Origin: Polyangiaceae bacterium
Lineage (GTDB): Bacteria > Myxococcota_A > Polyangia > Polyangiales > Polyangiaceae
NCBI GenBank assembly: GCA_033763455.1
Contig: JANRKO010000031.1
Span: 11,564 to 75,563, forward strand
Direction of reading: 5' to 3'
Length of the DNA: 64,000 bases
The notes beneath the pieces are model-generated. The model did no database searches and had not been told where the DNA came from. It saw only the letters and a list, made by a program, of their open reading frames with translations. Shown here in pieces: positions 10,104 to 19,764 of this stretch (position 1 is the first letter of the stretch; each line of letters opens with the position of its first letter). A program made the translations under genes and the position numbers.

Positions 10104-10936
10104 GGGGAGCCGGAAAACGTCTTTCGGAAACGCACCACGCGCTGCCGCGCTTCTGAGAGACGCCCCAGGTGAACCAAGGCTTCGGTGGCGATCACTTCTC
10201 GCTCTTGAGCCAGCACTCCCTTCGGGAACTCCGTTTGGTGCTGGCGGCACAAACGCAGCGCTTCCGCCGGTGATGCCTGCAACAGACCTCGTGCCTTTCC
10301 AAGAACGCGAGCTTCGGGCAAAAGCCCAGAATTTCCTGGGGAATGGCCGGGCTTTTCGCCAGCTGAATGGGTGCCCGATGCGTCGGAGGGGCCAATGCGC
10401 GGAGGCGCTTGGGCAGGCTGCGGAGGTGCGAGCGGCTCAGCCGGCGCCGGCGCCTCAGGTAAGGGAGACGCAACAGAGAGGGGAACACCCGCCTGTGGAG
10501 AGCGCATTGGAGCGCTCTTGCCTCCCACTGCCTGACCCTGAGGCGCTCGGGTCGCTTCGCCGCTCCCGCTTAACTCCTCGTGGCGCGAGGCTAGCACCCA
10601 CGCAACCCCTGTGACCCCACCTAACACCACTAACAGCGCACCAACCTTGGCCCCCACCACGCCCCAGCCCACACTGGAAGCACCGCTTGCGGCCCCAACC
10701 TGCCCAAGCGCGATCGAGCCTTTGGCCGCTGCATCAGCCGCAGCCAACGTCGCCGCAGCACCACCTACGGTTGCTGCCGCTCCCAGCGCCAAAATGGGTC
10801 CCAACCCTGAGCGCATGCGTGCCATTTGCTCTGGCCCCGGCGCAACCCCGCGCGCTTCCTCAAGCCCCACCACTAAGTGATCGGGCAGACCCGAGGTGGC
10901 AGAGCTCCAGCGCGGCGGATCTTCGGTGCTGCTCAC
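10049..10936 (-). CDS. Putative anti-sigma factor (one TM, Pro-rich linker, TPR-like C-terminus)
   Basis: GTG start overlaps the ECF stop; C-terminal FPKGVLAQEREVIATEALVHLGR..EAR..FRKTFSGSPH as in myxobacterial ECF partners. Confidence 0.7.
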   Translation of the reverse strand: MSSTEDPPRWSSATSGLPDHLVVGLEEARGVAPGPEQMARMRSGLGPILALGAAATVGGAAATLAAADAAAKGSIALGQVGAASGASSVGWGVVGAKVGALLVVLGGVTGVAWVLASRHEELSGSGEATRAPQGQAVGGKSAPMRSPQAGVPLSVASPLPEAPAPAEPLAPPQPAQAPPRIGPSDASGTHSAGEKPGHSPGNSGLLPEARVLGKARGLLQASPAEALRLCRQHQTEFPKGVLAQEREVIATEALVHLGRLSEARQRVVRFRKTFSGSPHLPKLEALVSTQQPLTQ

Positions 10937-11517
10937 AGCTCTCCTCCGTGCAAGCGATTCATTGCCTGAAGAATCACTTCCCGCGCTGCATGGAGCCGTG
11001 AATAGGCCGTTTGCAGAGGGCAACCGACCGCTTCGGCCACCTCCTTCATCGACAGGCCCTCAATCTCGTAGAGTACGAAGACGGCGCGTTTGTCGGCGTC
11101 GAGCGCCTCCAGAGCGCGCTCAAAGGCTGCCATCGCTCGCGCACGATCGAGATGCACCTCTTGAGTCTCGGCGTAACCGCCCTGAAGAGGGTCTGCACTC
11201 GCCTGCTCGTAGCGGATGTGCGCCCGCTGCCGGTAATCCTTCGCGACGCGAAGGCAAATCGCATAAAGCCACGTTCGCACCGAAGACCGACCCTCGAACT
11301 CTGCGAGCTTCCGGTGCACGATGACAAAAACTTCCTGACACACGTCCTCCGCGTCCGCTTCCCGAACCCCGAGGTGGCGCAACGCGCGCCAAGCAAAGGC
11401 AGCGTATTTTTGGAAGATTTCTGCGGTTGATAGGCCATTGGTGCTGCCCACTATGCGGCTCCCGGAACCTTGGTCTGGGTCCGCGCTACTTTCAGTGTGT
11501 GGGGCTCCAGCGATCAA
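10933..11517 (-). CDS. ECF RNA polymerase sigma factor
   Basis: DAEDVCQEVF, FEGRSSVRTWLYAI, LDADKRAVFVLYEIEGLSMKEVAEAVGCPLQTAYSRLHAAR. Confidence 0.95.
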   Translation of the reverse strand: MIAGAPHTESSADPDQGSGSRIVGSTNGLSTAEIFQKYAAFAWRALRHLGVREADAEDVCQEVFVIVHRKLAEFEGRSSVRTWLYAICLRVAKDYRQRAHIRYEQASADPLQGGYAETQEVHLDRARAMAAFERALEALDADKRAVFVLYEIEGLSMKEVAEAVGCPLQTAYSRLHAAREVILQAMNRLHGGEL

Positions 11518-11521
11518 ATTA

Positions 11522-12532
11522 TCAAAAGAAGTCTAGACCAACTCCCGCAAACCAGGAAGCCACGACAAGATCTTGACGGTGGAGCAGCGTGCTCCCCCCC
11601 ATCTGATCTTCGGCCACAACCCGATAGCGGGGCCAGGCTGCCCCAATCAGAGCATCGGCAGAAAAACTCCAGCCTTCTGAGAACCTAACGCGGCCTCCCA
11701 CGCCCGCTTCCCCGCGCGCAAACAGCCCTGCTCTTTCCAGGCTCTCGGCGTAGCCAAAACCTTCAGCCTTTATCCACGCGAATTCGGGCCCCAAGCACAC
11801 TGGCACTTCGACTACGGGCCCCAACAGGCGCACGCATGCCGCTAACCGCAAGCTGCTCTGTGAAATGTCGTATCCGCCCGTCTCGCTCTGCTCGCGCTGG
11901 CTTTTGAACCACAGGGCGCGCGCTAGGAAAGAATACGTAGAAGGCGCATGCAACGAAACTCCGAGTGCCGGCGAAAGGCTCAATTTTGGCTGAAAATTGG
12001 CGCCCAAAGCCCCACCGAGCTCAAGATTTCCCCGCCAACGCTCCGAGGCGATGCGACGCTCCGAAGGTGGGAGCCCGGGTGCCGGCGGGCTCGTTGATCC
12101 GTTCACAGATTGTCGAGAACTTGCGTCTAGAAGCAACCCGAGGACAAGACCCAACGGTTGTGCCAACTCCCCACAATCGCTGCCAACAGCAGGCAAATCG
12201 CGAGCTCCCTCGGGCTTACCGTGGGGGCCCAGGAGCTTCACCTCGGCATTCCAGCCCTTCGGCGTTCGCCGATACACAACGACGGCGCGGCGCCCCCCTG
12301 CCTTAAGTTCCCCGGCCCGATCGCCCAGAATGCCGCGCACGCGGGCCGCGAGATCGGCCGCCACGGGGCAGCGCTCATCTCCCCCCGTCACCTGGATGTC
12401 CGGGGGCTCAGCCCAAGCACCGCCGGTTACCAAGCAGGCGGCTACGTGCAGCGCCAGGCACGTTGGGCGAGCGGATCTGCCTCTTTTTTTGCGATAACGG
12501 CTAATGCCGGGAAAGTGAGCGTTCATCCACAT
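11522..12532 (-). CDS. Exported protein with a small Cys-pair domain and probable C-terminal beta-barrel
   Basis: Signal peptide, CP...DCGELA segment, amphipathic strands ending in terminal Phe (GVGLDFF). Confidence 0.65.
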   Translation of the reverse strand: MWMNAHFPGISRYRKKRGRSARPTCLALHVAACLVTGGAWAEPPDIQVTGGDERCPVAADLAARVRGILGDRAGELKAGGRRAVVVYRRTPKGWNAEVKLLGPHGKPEGARDLPAVGSDCGELAQPLGLVLGLLLDASSRQSVNGSTSPPAPGLPPSERRIASERWRGNLELGGALGANFQPKLSLSPALGVSLHAPSTYSFLARALWFKSQREQSETGGYDISQSSLRLAACVRLLGPVVEVPVCLGPEFAWIKAEGFGYAESLERAGLFARGEAGVGGRVRFSEGWSFSADALIGAAWPRYRVVAEDQMGGSTLLHRQDLVVASWFAGVGLDFF

Positions 12533-12676
12533 GGCCGACGGAGCCGTTCAGCAATAACGCCGCCAGAATAGCACCTAACGCTCGCATTAGCCGAAAGAGC
12601 GTCGGAACTTTGACGCTCCCTCCCCCCCGAGACTTATCAAACGCGTGACTTCTGCCCCTTTTGCGCGCCAGAGGCT

Positions 12677-13555
12677 GTGCCGTCCATTGCTAACGTGAAT
12701 AGCATCCTAGGCCTGATCGTTGTGTTTGGTTCGGTGATTGGCGGCTTCATGCTGTCCAAAGGCCCCCTGCACGTGCTGTGGCAACCGAACGAATTGATCG
12801 TGATTGGTGGTGCTGCTCTTGGCACTGTTATTATCTCGGCCCCTGGAAGGTTATTGCCTCGCATGGGCCACGCTATCGGTAAAGCCTTCAAGCCAGATAT
12901 TCCCAAGGCCTCCGATTACTTGGACCTCTTGGTGTTGATGCACCGCATGTTTCAGCTCATGCGTCGCGACGGTGTCTTGGCGATGGAGAACCACCTGGGC
13001 GATCCGCACAAGAGCAGCCTGTTTCAAAAACACCCCTCGGTACTCAAACGCCACCACGCCTTAACGTTCTTACTCGAAGGCGTGAAGCAATTGGTGGATG
13101 GATGCCCACCCGACGACGTAGGCTCTATGCTGGAAACCGACATTGAGACCATCCACGAAGAAGAAGCGGCTTCGATTGGACTTCTGCGCACGACGGGTGA
13201 TGCTTTGCCGGGTCTTGGCATCGTAGCGGCCGTGCTCGGTATCGTTATTACGATGGCGCATCTCGACGGTGGCCCTGAGGAAATCGGTCATCACGTGGCC
13301 GCCGCGCTCGTGGGAACGTTCCTCGGAATTCTTATGTGTTACGGCATGGTGGCGCCACTTGCCGCCAGCTTGGACGCTCAAGCAAGCGCCGAAGGACGCT
13401 ACTTGAATTGCATGAAGGCTGGCTTGGTCGCCGCGGCACGCGGTTCCAACGCTTCAGTGGCGCTTGAGTTTGCGCGACGAACGATTTTCCCCGACGAACG
13501 CCCGAGCCTCAAGCAGCTGGAAGATGCGATTAAGGCCGTGAAGGATTCCAAATGA
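12677..13555 (+). CDS. motA: Flagellar-type motor stator protein MotA
   Basis: LWQPNELIVIGGAALG, RRDGVLAMENH, GDALPGLGIVAAVLGIVITM, AALVGTFLGILMCYG, ALEFARR. Confidence 0.93.
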   Translation: MPSIANVNSILGLIVVFGSVIGGFMLSKGPLHVLWQPNELIVIGGAALGTVIISAPGRLLPRMGHAIGKAFKPDIPKASDYLDLLVLMHRMFQLMRRDGVLAMENHLGDPHKSSLFQKHPSVLKRHHALTFLLEGVKQLVDGCPPDDVGSMLETDIETIHEEEAASIGLLRTTGDALPGLGIVAAVLGIVITMAHLDGGPEEIGHHVAAALVGTFLGILMCYGMVAPLAASLDAQASAEGRYLNCMKAGLVAAARGSNASVALEFARRTIFPDERPSLKQLEDAIKAVKDSK

Positions 13556-14514
13556 GCGCAGGCAAGCAGGCCGAAAGGCCTCGCATCGTCTACGTAAAAA
13601 AGAAGGGGCATGCAGCCCACCATGGTGGCGCGTGGAAAGTGGCGTACGCCGACTTCGTGACGGCCATGATGGCGCTCTTTATGGTGTTGTGGCTCGTTTC
13701 GCAGACAGATAGCGAAACGAAGCAGGAGTTGTCCGCGTTCTTTCGAACCGGCGTATTCTCCGGCGCCCCAGCGCTGGTAATGGGCGGCTCTGGCGTTTCG
13801 GAAAAAGCGCACCTGGATACCGCCGGACAAGGCGTTGCAAAGACGGAACGTGTGGGCTTTGAGCTTGCCAGCAAGAACGTGAAAGGTGTCGTGCGGTCGA
13901 TGACGCCGAGCCTGCAAGCGATAGTAGACAACATACGGGTGGAGGTCACCAAAGATGGACTTCTGATCCAGATCCTGGATGGCGGCAAGGGCACGTTATT
14001 TGACCTTTCGTCTTCGGATCTGAAACCCGCGCTCGTCGAACTCTTGAAGGAGCTCGCCCCGATCTTGGGCCAGCTTCCTAACAAGCTTCAGATCCATGGG
14101 CATACGGATTCACGACGCTTTTCCAGTCGCTCTGGCCGTGATAACTGGCAACTGTCTTTCGAACGGGCTTACCGCGCGCGCCAAGTGCTGGAAGCTGCGG
14201 GGATCCCTAGCACACAGCTTGTAGGTGTATTCGCCCATGCAGATTCTGATCCGATTAACCCTAAGGATAGGTTTGCCGCGGAAAATCGGCGCCTCTCCAT
14301 TTTAGCCGTTATGGAGGGTCAGGAAGACACTGCACAACGGGGTTTTGATCCGCTGAACCCCGACGCGACCACGCCTGCGGGGAAATCCAGTGGCGAAATC
14401 AAGGCCTACGAGCCGCCGAGCGCAGAGCCGAAGGGCACAGGCCAAGCGCCGGACACCGGCACCGAACCCGAAGGAGAAACCAAACCCGAAGCTCCGAGCC
14501 GAGGGGAGAATTAG
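13552..14514 (+). CDS. motB: Motor stator protein MotB with OmpA-like peptidoglycan-binding domain
   Basis: HHGGAWKVAYADFVTAMMA with the proton-binding Asp; GHTD, NWQLSFERA, ENRR. Confidence 0.93.
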   Translation: MSAGKQAERPRIVYVKKKGHAAHHGGAWKVAYADFVTAMMALFMVLWLVSQTDSETKQELSAFFRTGVFSGAPALVMGGSGVSEKAHLDTAGQGVAKTERVGFELASKNVKGVVRSMTPSLQAIVDNIRVEVTKDGLLIQILDGGKGTLFDLSSSDLKPALVELLKELAPILGQLPNKLQIHGHTDSRRFSSRSGRDNWQLSFERAYRARQVLEAAGIPSTQLVGVFAHADSDPINPKDRFAAENRRLSILAVMEGQEDTAQRGFDPLNPDATTPAGKSSGEIKAYEPPSAEPKGTGQAPDTGTEPEGETKPEAPSRGEN

Positions 14515-14567
14515 CGGGCGGCGGTGAAGCCCGGCACCACGGAAAGTGAATCCTCGTCTTTGATGCG

Positions 14568-14760
14568 CGCTCAGATTCTGCCCTCCGACTGAACGTGCAC
14601 TTCCACGTGCTCGCTCTCGACGGCGTGTACCTGCGAGCGCCTGAGACGGAAAGAGGTTCGTCCCCTCACCTTCGGCGTCGCGCAAAATCTCGTCTTCCAC
14701 TCCCTACCGACTCCGCCCCGCGCCGAGGTCGCGGAGATAGCGACCCGCACGCGCGCACGC
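14568..14760 (+). mobile_element. IS91-like (HUH/Y2) transposase remnant
   Basis: DSALRLNVHFHVLALDGVY HUH motif, then after a frameshift LVFHSLPTPPRAEVAEIA. Confidence 0.7.
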
Positions 14761-14887
14761 CTGGAGCCGAGGCATGCGTGTCGCCTCGGCTTGGACTATC
14801 TGATGCGCTGCTAGAAACACCGCGGCGCTGTGTCAACACGCGGAACGCGCGGCCACTTGGCAATAGCTCGGACGAAGTGCGGAGATT

Positions 14888-15377
14888 TCACGCCAGCGCA
14901 ATGCCTACCGCCACCAACAATCCGCTGACCATCGCCGCGCCAAACACCTTCACGATATCTGCGCCGAACGCCCGCCCTCCGCTCACCCAAGCGACGGCAC
15001 CTTTCACGATGGTATTGCTCCCGACCGCGACCGTGATGGCGAGGGCTGCTACGTTCATTCCCAATTCTCCTTGTGCAGCCAGGCGCGTGGCAGCGAGCGT
15101 GACAGCATCCACATCCATGAACCCCGAGATAGCTGCGGTGGCGACGAAGCCTGAATCTCCGAAGCTGCTTCTTTGCCACGGCCGAGATGACCAGAATGAT
15201 CGCCAAGAGTGTTCGCACGCCGAAGAAAGACTTAGGACTTGCACTCGCCTCCTCACGTGGCACCGCGCGGTCGGACACATCGCTGTGTTCACGCTCCAAG
15301 CCGACGAATAGGCCAATGCCTATCGCAAGTAGGGCTTCGAGGAGGAGACTGAGCGTGAGGTCATCGACGGGGAGCAC
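14888..15377 (-). pseudogene. MgtC/SapB-DUF4010 membrane protein remnant
   Basis: N-terminal IGLFVGLERE..GVRT joined directly to the C-terminal block (G..G..AAISGFMDVDAVTL..SNTIVKG) with a frameshift. Confidence 0.75.
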
Positions 15378-15533
15378 GCCAACACCCTAAGCACCTTTGG
15401 TAAGGGGGCTCAAGGTTTCCGCTCTGAACCGAGAGTTGAGAACCCACGATGGTAGTCAAGATCACGTTGGCACTGGATCCCGAGCTAAACCGCGTTGGGG
15501 CCTTCGACCATGAATATTGCTCGCTATTGGGCA

Positions 15534-16010
15534 TTAGAGTTCCAGGATATCGCCCGCGTGGAGTCGCCGGAGGAAGGTGTCCACCGGAAGAACCCAGGTT
15601 CCCTCAACGCGAAGCTCGTGTTTGCCACGGTACACGAGGTAGGTGGCCGCGGGCATCGCAGCGGATAGCGCGGCAAGGCCCTTACGGTGCTCAGCCCGGT
15701 AGGTGGAGGCGTGCTTGACCTCGATCGCCACAACTTTCTTGCCGTGCCAAAATACGAAGTCGACTTCGCTGCCGGTCGGTGTGGACCAATAGCCGAGACT
15801 TCCCTTGATGTCAGCGTAGTGAAGGTAGCTTTGGAGTTCGTTGAACAGGAGGTGTTCGAGCAGTACACCATTCCAGTCCTCGGGCAAGGGTTGGTCGAAG
15901 GCTCCGGCGGTGGCATTCAGCCCGCCGGGGTCGAACCAATAGAACTTTGATGCCGCAACTTCCTTGACCTTGGCTCGCGGCCGGTATGCGGGTAACCAGC
16001 TGCCGATCGT
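15534..16010 (-). pseudogene. C-terminal (DUF4143) fragment of an AAA_14 ATP-binding protein
   Basis: KFYWFDPG, LLEHLLFNEL, YWSTPTGSEVDFV, AIEVK; no Walker A/B upstream. Confidence 0.8.
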
Positions 16011-16489
16011 GGAAACATCGCCACCAAATTTACCGTCAAATTGGTGTCGATGTATACAGCTTGTATTTTGCTTGCTTGTTGGCGGTGCCCGCAGCTGGCT
16101 CACCTAGGCTGGCCGCAGCTTCTCGGACGGTGCAGCGGAGGCACGGTGTGGTAGCCGCGAGGTTTGGCCGAAGAAGTAACGGAGCGTTGACCCCCAAGGC
16201 CCCATACGCTCCCACTCGGACCAACCGCGGTTGAAGACGGTGCGACCGCGTTCTGGACGGGGGATGCGGCGATGTCCATTCGCACGATCCGAAACTTCAT
16301 ATTGATCAAACCTCCTGAATGACGCAAAGCTCGCAGTGCCAAAAACCCCACTTGGGTTGGAGTCCCCAACTCTGACGTCCGCGCGGGGGTCGCCCCTCGC
16401 TTCGGGACGTCCGACCCCGGCTAGCCGAATTGCGCGCTCGGTCTTAGGATGCTGCCTTGTCCAAAATCCGAAGCTAAGGAGTGACGCTG

Positions 16490-17128
16490 ATGAGTGACAT
16501 CGAAGAAGTTCGTGGAAAACGCGCGCTGATACAGTTTGAAGCCAAAAAATGCATTCATTCGCGGCACTGCGTGCTGGACCGCCCGGACGTATTCGTGCCC
16601 AACGTGGCCGGAGAGTGGATCCACCCTGATAACGCCACACCCGAAGAGATTGCAGCACTGGCCGAGAACTGTCCCTCGGGAGCGATTCGCTACGAACGCT
16701 TGGACGGTGGGCCCGGGGAAAAGCCGCCGCTCGTGAACCTCGCCCGAGTGCGCGAAAACGGGCCGCTTGCCGTGCACGCAGAACTCAACCTCGAAGGCCA
16801 CGGGGCTCTCTTTCGCGCTACCTTATGCCGCTGTGGCTTGTCGAAGAACAAGCCATTCTGCGATTCGAGCCACACGGCGGGAGGCTTTTCTGCCACCGGC
16901 GAGCCAGCAACACTGCCGTCCGAAGCGCTGAGCGCCAGAAGCGGCACACTCAAGATCACGCCTGCCAAAAATGGTCCACTTCTCGTGGCAGGCAACCTGG
17001 AGTTAGTGTCAGGAACGGGGCGCACGCTCAATCGCGTTACCAAGACTGCCCTTTGCCGTTGTGGCCAGTCCGCGAACAAGCCGTACTGCGACGGAACGCA
17101 CGCCAAGGTAGGCTTCAGTTCAGAATAA
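16490..17128 (+). CDS. Fe-S protein: divergent 4Fe-4S (YjdI-like) domain plus two CDGSH domains
   Basis: CIHSRHC..CPSGAI; LCRCGLSKNKPFCDSSH; LCRCGQSANKPYCDGTH; AAGGAG RBS. Confidence 0.92.
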   Translation: MSDIEEVRGKRALIQFEAKKCIHSRHCVLDRPDVFVPNVAGEWIHPDNATPEEIAALAENCPSGAIRYERLDGGPGEKPPLVNLARVRENGPLAVHAELNLEGHGALFRATLCRCGLSKNKPFCDSSHTAGGFSATGEPATLPSEALSARSGTLKITPAKNGPLLVAGNLELVSGTGRTLNRVTKTALCRCGQSANKPYCDGTHAKVGFSSE

Positions 17129-17168
17129 CAATCCGCACACCTTCAGTTCAGAATAACAATCCGCACAC
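17113..17168. repeat. Exact 28-bp tandem duplication spanning the stop codon
   Basis: CTTCAGTTCAGAATAACAATCCGCACAC x2. Confidence 0.95.
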
Positions 17169-17184
17169 TTGAGAGTGCTCGCTT

Positions 17185-18198
17185 ATGAAAAGCCCCATAT
17201 TGTCCGTCGGTGAGCTTGGTTTCCCCTGGAAAACCTACGATCCCTTCCTGTTTTGCGTCTATCACAACGATGCATACCCAGAGGGCAACGATGTACAAGG
17301 GCCCAACGCTTCGCTTGCCGGGCGCGAGCTAGGAATGGATTTTGATCCGCGCAACGGCTGGCGCATGTACCACGGCCATCAAGTGCCTGGGTTTCCTGCC
17401 CATCCCCATCGCGGATTCGAAACCGTCACGCTGGTTCGAAAAGGCTTTATCGACCATTCCGACTCACTCGGCGCCACGGCTCGTTTTGGAGGTGGGGATA
17501 CCCAGTGGATGACAGCGGGGCGAGGGGTGGTTCACGCAGAGATGTTTCCTTTGCGTCAACGCGATACCCAAAATCCTCTGGAGCTTTTTCAGATCTGGCT
17601 GAACCTGCCACGCGCAGATAAGATGGTGGACCCGTATTTCACGATGCTGTGGGACACCCAGATCCCCATGCACCGCGTGGTGGATGAAGCGGGAAGAGTC
17701 TCTCAGTTGCGCATCGTGGCCGGCGAATGGGGTTCCTCCAAAGGTCCGCAGCCTCCGCCCAATTCCTGGGCTTCCCGCCCGGATTCAGACCTTGCGATCT
17801 GGACACTGAAGCTAGATCCGCACGCACGCCTGACACTGCCCCCCGCCAAAGCTGGAACGAACCGAACCCTCTACTTTTTTAGTGGCACGCAGCTTTCCAT
17901 TGCCGGCAAAGTTTTTACTTCACACGCCGCTGTTCTTGTTGCGCCAGATGTCAGCCTTGAGCTCGAAAACGGCCCGGCTACGTCGGAGCTTCTCGTGCTG
18001 CAAGGGCGCCCTATCGGCGAGCCCGTGGTGCAACACGGGCCCTTTGTCATGAACACACCCGACGAGATTCGCGAGGCCTTCGCCGATTACCAGCGAACCG
18101 GTTTCGGTGGCTGGCCGTGGCCAAGTACCGCACCCGTGCATCCTCGGGAGCAAGATCGGTTTGCGGTGCACGCGGACGGCCGGCGCGAAGAGCCGTAA
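17185..18198 (+). CDS. Pirin family protein
   Basis: DPFLFC, GFPAHPHRGFETVT, QWMTAGRGVVHAE, FQIWLNLP, EPVVQHGPFVMN. Confidence 0.95.
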   Translation: MKSPILSVGELGFPWKTYDPFLFCVYHNDAYPEGNDVQGPNASLAGRELGMDFDPRNGWRMYHGHQVPGFPAHPHRGFETVTLVRKGFIDHSDSLGATARFGGGDTQWMTAGRGVVHAEMFPLRQRDTQNPLELFQIWLNLPRADKMVDPYFTMLWDTQIPMHRVVDEAGRVSQLRIVAGEWGSSKGPQPPPNSWASRPDSDLAIWTLKLDPHARLTLPPAKAGTNRTLYFFSGTQLSIAGKVFTSHAAVLVAPDVSLELENGPATSELLVLQGRPIGEPVVQHGPFVMNTPDEIREAFADYQRTGFGGWPWPSTAPVHPREQDRFAVHADGRREEP

Positions 18199-18423
18199 GA
18201 GCCCGCCGAACCCCCGTCGAAAAGTCCCTAACGCAACACGTTAGAAACAAGCGCGAAGCAATTTGGCCGTGAGCCTGAGTGCGACACGCGGGCAACGTGT
18301 GGGCAAACACCCGCCGCGGTTAGCAGCCAAACGGTGCGAGTGCCAAGAAAATATCACGTCACGCAGGACGGTGTCGGGAATATCTGGCAAGGGCCAGGGG
18401 GAAGTCATACAATTCAAAATAGA

Positions 18424-19086
18424 GTGTCGGACTTCATCACCGCGCCACCAACCGAATCAAAAGAGCTTGATCTCACCGGGAATGTTCGCGAGTTTTTCGG
18501 CAGCGCCCTGGAAACTGCGCTGCGCGAAGTCGACTTAGAAACCAGTAAAGCTGCCAAGTCTTACCTGGTTGCGCTCATGGCAGACTTTGCGGATCCGCGA
18601 AACGCGTGCGACGCGCGTTTTGACGAGCCATTTACATTTGCACTTGAGCGGGCACTTTCAGAACACACCCCAGATCGCTTCGAGCGCTTGCGGAGATTTG
18701 GCGATTCGGTGCTGTATGCAAGCAGCTTCTTTTCGGAGCATTTGGCCCGCCGCGGCGTACCCATCGGCTACGTGAAGTCACTCGGTTCGCGCGCATACTT
18801 GAGCGCTGCGAACGCTCTGATGCCTGCGCCGCTCCTACTTGGGTCCACACGCTCCGAGGATTCAACCGGTACCGATACGTTGTTTGTGGAGTTGGCTGAT
18901 AAGTTTGGTTCCTTTGTGGTTATCTTGGAGCGCGTGGCCGAACGCGTGTTGAGTGCCAATACGCCTTCCAACAAAGCCACGCTGGATTTGTATGAACGTT
19001 GGCTCCGAACGGGTTCCAGTGTGCTCGCTGAAGATCTGATGCGGCGTGGGCTTTCCCCGCTTCGCGGAGACAGATCTATCCACTGA
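18424..19086 (+). CDS. Conserved hypothetical protein (start uncertain)
   Basis: LRRFGDSVLYASSFF..LARR, LFVELADKF, LYERWLRTGS; long ORF with normal composition. Confidence 0.7.
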   Translation: MSDFITAPPTESKELDLTGNVREFFGSALETALREVDLETSKAAKSYLVALMADFADPRNACDARFDEPFTFALERALSEHTPDRFERLRRFGDSVLYASSFFSEHLARRGVPIGYVKSLGSRAYLSAANALMPAPLLLGSTRSEDSTGTDTLFVELADKFGSFVVILERVAERVLSANTPSNKATLDLYERWLRTGSSVLAEDLMRRGLSPLRGDRSIH

Positions 19087-19087
19087 G

Positions 19088-19672
19088 ATGCGTGCGCACG
19101 ATACTCTGCGCGGCATTCAGCGAACACTCCGGGAGTACTATGCGTTAGAAGACGCTCCGGACGTTTGTGACTTCGTTCACTTCGGAGATAGCCGCGAAAC
19201 ACTGTACGTTCGCGAAGCAAATGACGCCCTAGAGTTAAGCCTGCACCTGCCGGCTCAAGATCCCGGAGATGCCCGAGCTCCCGAGCCCGCCGGTGACGAC
19301 ACTCACCTTCAGCTGATCGAAGGCGTCAGCCATTTCGTGTACATCGCAGAACGCGCACGCATGGAGCTACCGGCGACCCAGTTGGAGTTGGAGCTGCAGG
19401 CGGAGGTGGATAAGTTCGTCTACCTCGGGCTGGGTATGACCGCCTCACCCCACGAGCGCTCCACGTTGCGCACTCGGCTGTACGAAGAAGTTCGCTACCT
19501 TCACCCGCAAGGGACAGAGCTGGGAGACAGGTACCGAATGGCTACCGCGGTTGCCGCGCGCTTTGTGGCTCGTCTCGATGAGCGCCTAGACAAAGCCTCC
19601 GTACAACGGCACTTGAGGCGCTTTTACCGCGCGGGCCAGACCGAAAAGTTGTCGATCGCACTTGCAGCTTAA
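19088..19672 (+). CDS. Conserved hypothetical protein with a zincin-like motif
   Basis: IEGVSHF...LELELQAEVDKF; starts 1 nt after the upstream stop. Confidence 0.7.
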   Translation: MRAHDTLRGIQRTLREYYALEDAPDVCDFVHFGDSRETLYVREANDALELSLHLPAQDPGDARAPEPAGDDTHLQLIEGVSHFVYIAERARMELPATQLELELQAEVDKFVYLGLGMTASPHERSTLRTRLYEEVRYLHPQGTELGDRYRMATAVAARFVARLDERLDKASVQRHLRRFYRAGQTEKLSIALAA

Positions 19673-19688
19673 AGTCTGGCCAGACAAC

Positions 19689-19736
19689 AAAAAGAAACGG
19701 CCTGGGTTGCCACCAATCGGTAGCAAGCCCAGGCCG
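19689..19736 (-). terminator. Intrinsic terminator
   Basis: GGCCTGGG..CCCAGGCC hairpin followed by TTTCTTTTT on the minus strand, just after the gene ending at 19765. Confidence 0.75.
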
Positions 19737-19764
19737 GAGATCCCACCCGTGGGGGCCGATCTAC

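Noticed and set aside
12677..14514. Zorya ZorAB defence system
   Set aside because: MotA lacks the long ZorA tail, both proteins have flagellar-stator signatures, and no zorC/D/E is adjacent
16100..16300. 66-aa ORF with AGGAGG RBS
   Set aside because: No recognisable motif and lies in the debris patch; may be a gene stub but cannot be supported
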